From a virus (taxonomy: Duplodnaviria; Caudoviricetes), in the IMG/VR virus record IMGVR_UViG_3300021411_000011, positions 1 to 47,251 of that record: a stretch of 47,251 bases of DNA, one strand, 5' to 3'. Positions within the stretch are counted from its first letter, which is position 1; each line of letters opens with the position of its first letter. Below are positions 44,849 through 47,251 of the stretch, piece by piece. The notes under the pieces were generated by a model. It did no database searches and had not been told where the DNA came from. It saw only the letters and a list, made by a program, of their open reading frames with translations. Both the position numbers and the translations under genes were made by a program.

Positions 44849-46234
44849 TTACCACCTCGATGCGCGGTTGAGTGCCTGAATGTTGACCAACTGCCCCGTA
44901 TCCGGGCCGAATCCATTGATAAGGACGCCTAGCTGACAGCCGCCGTTGGTGGGGTTCGCCGACGACGTGAACCCACACGTAGCCAGAGAGGCACCGTTGT
45001 ACCGGCCCACGGCGACGTTCGAATCAGCCGTCGACACGGTCATGTAGTTGCCGGACGAAGGGCCGTCGCACCCGTCATCGCGTTCGGTCAACGTGTCCGT
45101 CATGGTGTGGAACACCGTGTCGGAGTCGATGCACACGAAGTGCGAAATGCGGGGGAACGCCAGATCTGAACCCGAGAACACAAGGGGGAAGTTGAACTGT
45201 GCCGACCCGTACGACCTCGACCCGAACCCCCCAATGGGATTCGCCTTGTTGACACCCGAATACGAGGTCGCCACGCCGATCGCGGACACCGCGCCCGTGA
45301 TCGTCCACGTCCAGTTCGACGGCTCTGATGCGGCGATCTTGTACCACATCTGCTGCCGCACGTTCCCGGTGGGCGACAACACCAGCCCGGCCCCGCAGTC
45401 CGTCCAGCCTGCGGGCGGGGTGATCGTCTGCACGGAGCTGATTATCCCCACCGAGGCGATCATCAGATCACCGTCGATGGTTCCCGCAGGCTTCCCGATG
45501 ACGAACGAAGTCGCCGGCGTCACAACCTGCCCGACCGAAATGTCAGACCGGTACAGGGGGGTCGCCAGGGGCAGGCCCACGCCGTCCGGGTTGATTACCA
45601 CACCGATGGCGTTGACGCCCTGCGGGGAGCCCGTGGAGTGCGTGAACGCCGTCGTCTGGGCGCCGATCCCGGCCGGACCGTTGGAGTCCGCCACAGAGCA
45701 CGACAGGAAGTAGGTGGAGCCGTCGCCGCCGACCGCGTCATCCCGCTCCGTACGGCTGTCCGTCCACGTGTGCGTGGTGTTGTCCTTGCACCCGACGAAC
45801 CCAACAACCCACTGGTCGGCCGTCGTCGTGGTCACAGCCGTCGTCGTGATCGGGGAAGTGACACCCGACCCGAGGAAAGCCCCCGAATCTATCGGAGACA
45901 GTGCGTCGGCACCGGAACACACCCACACTTCGGCGTTCCACTCCACCAGGGCTGACGGCCTCCACGTCCAGGAAGCGCCCTCCGACGAAGCAATCTTGCG
46001 GTACAGGTATGTGCGGATCGAACCCGACGTGGAATCCACCGGGGAACCCACCTGCACCCACCCGGCGGGGGGCTGTTGGTCGATGGTGATGACCGTGGAC
46101 CGGATTGTTATCGCGCACAGGATCAAATCCCCGTCGACAACCGCCGAAGGAGACGAAGGCTTAGTCACCACGAAGGCAGTGTCCTGCGTGGCGTTCGACT
46201 GTGTGTTGCCGGCGCACCTGAAGGCGATAGCCAC
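44849..46234 (-). CDS. Fibre/appendage protein with two tandem domains
   Basis: Two KP....DGDL..A...PPAGW...Y.KIA.SE...WTW domains, homologous to domains in 26020-29994. Confidence 0.75.
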   Translation of the reverse strand: MAIAFRCAGNTQSNATQDTAFVVTKPSSPSAVVDGDLILCAITIRSTVITIDQQPPAGWVQVGSPVDSTSGSIRTYLYRKIASSEGASWTWRPSALVEWNAEVWVCSGADALSPIDSGAFLGSGVTSPITTTAVTTTTADQWVVGFVGCKDNTTHTWTDSRTERDDAVGGDGSTYFLSCSVADSNGPAGIGAQTTAFTHSTGSPQGVNAIGVVINPDGVGLPLATPLYRSDISVGQVVTPATSFVIGKPAGTIDGDLMIASVGIISSVQTITPPAGWTDCGAGLVLSPTGNVRQQMWYKIAASEPSNWTWTITGAVSAIGVATSYSGVNKANPIGGFGSRSYGSAQFNFPLVFSGSDLAFPRISHFVCIDSDTVFHTMTDTLTERDDGCDGPSSGNYMTVSTADSNVAVGRYNGASLATCGFTSSANPTNGGCQLGVLINGFGPDTGQLVNIQALNRASRW

Positions 46235-46235
46235 G

Positions 46236-46520
46236 TCACACCGCCCTGTTTGCCACTACCCGGATGGTCAAAGTCCGCGAATCGGTGCGTCCGCCGGTCG
46301 TCACGATGACGTTCCGCAGCGAATACACCGTGCCCTGTACCCCGCCCGACACGATGATGACAGCCGTCGCGTTGGTGTTGAGCTGGGAATCGATGGTGAT
46401 ACCCGGGGTTGTCGTCCAAACCGAAGATGCGATGGTCTCGAAGCCCGTGAGCCAGTCCGACCAGTCAAGTTGGTAGTCAAGGACCCCATCGAAGACCTTC
46501 GTCGCGTCGAAGTTGCTCAT
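46236..46520 (-). CDS. Small fibre-adaptor-like virion protein
   Basis: K....LDY.LDWSDWL...ETI.SS.W...SGG..G..Y...N...T.GGR...R. ATGA overlap. Confidence 0.7.
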   Translation of the reverse strand: MSNFDATKVFDGVLDYQLDWSDWLTGFETIASSVWTTTPGITIDSQLNTNATAVIIVSGGVQGTVYSLRNVIVTTGGRTDSRTLTIRVVANRAV

Positions 46521-47176
46521 GCCGCCTCCACCTCTTCCCTGTTTCCACGTCGGAGGTTGCAAGACCTATGAGACAGACGCACATTCTCTCGAACGTCGCC
46601 GCCGCCCTTTGATATTGGCGTTATATGGTCAACGTTCGGCCCCATCGACACGAGACCACTAAGGCCCATGTCTACGATTCCGCCGCAAATACCACACACG
46701 TAGCACGACAGCTCCGCGACCTCGGCTAGCGTGTACCGCTCGAAGGGAAGCCCCCTGACCAAGGCGCGCCGAGCACGATTCTTTGCCGCAAGCCGCTGAA
46801 CCCGCCGAAGATTGGCGCATCTTTCACAGAACCGCTTGCCATTCCTACCCCTGCGGTACGTTGCCTCGCCGCAACCGTCGCAGAACTTCAGTCCGGCCTT
46901 GAACGACGCCGCCGCACGACACTCCTGACATACATGTCCGCCGGACTCACTGCCGCCCGCAAGGCGAGTCTTGCCACATCCCGTACAAGAGACGGTCCGG
47001 GAGGTCTGTCGGGCCGGAGCACCCTCCGCCCTCTTGCGGGCGTAGTAGTCGCGGGCGTACTTTGCGGCCCCAGCCCTGCGGCACGCGCCCAGCTCACAAA
47101 ACTTCGGGAACCGGCCTACTTTTTTGTCGACATCGAACAGCTCTCCACAAGACTCACATACGCGCTGGACCTGCAA
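46517..47176 (-). CDS. HNH endonuclease with N-terminal zinc fingers
   Basis: Several CxxC motifs, then CGICGG...NVDHITPISKGG.D...NVRLSHRSCN. Confidence 0.88.
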   Translation of the reverse strand: MQVQRVCESCGELFDVDKKVGRFPKFCELGACRRAGAAKYARDYYARKRAEGAPARQTSRTVSCTGCGKTRLAGGSESGGHVCQECRAAASFKAGLKFCDGCGEATYRRGRNGKRFCERCANLRRVQRLAAKNRARRALVRGLPFERYTLAEVAELSCYVCGICGGIVDMGLSGLVSMGPNVDHITPISKGGGDVRENVRLSHRSCNLRRGNREEVEAA

Positions 47177-47251
47177 TGTTGTTCACCTCGCGGGTTTTCT
47201 TTCTTCTAAGACTTTTTGTGGACAGTAAATAGAGGCAGAAACGCGATTCCG

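Larger units (their letters stand above)
1..47251 (-). mobile_element. Actinobacterial siphophage genome, probably complete, cos-type packaging
   Basis: Packaging, head, tail, lysis, repressor and replication modules in phage order. No host genes at either edge, and HNH genes lie next to both ends. Confidence 0.93.

Overview
The window looks like a complete or near-complete ~47.3 kb genome of a high-GC actinobacterial siphophage, written in reverse orientation with almost all genes on the minus strand. The host is probably Streptomyces or a relative, inferred from WhiB, a BldC-like regulator and the holin type. Reading from 47251 down: an HNH gene and six-gene fibre-like module ahead of terS/terL; portal, HK97-type protease and capsid; head-tail and tail genes (tape measure with NlpC/P60-like and lytic transglycosylase domains); a CHAP/PG-binding/SLT endolysin; a plus-strand block (XRE repressor, membrane protein, lipoprotein, HicA-like gene) with a holin-like gene nested antisense; early/replication genes (EndoVII, Cas4-like exonuclease, BldC-like, SSB, WhiB, Prim-Pol, phosphoesterase, C5 methyltransferase, RepA-type helicase, CoiA-like nuclease); a candidate origin; and a terminal HNH with palindromic repeats. 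I recognised no integrase, ParAB or processive replicative DNA polymerase. Most notable: the antisense-nested holin, a frame break at TTT TTA in the tape-measure 5' end, a tRNA-like leader RNA, a possible pseudoknot at the tail-chaperone start, and phage-borne BldC/WhiB. All product calls come from motif recognition by eye, not database searches. Many starts were re-picked using RBS and stop/start overlaps.
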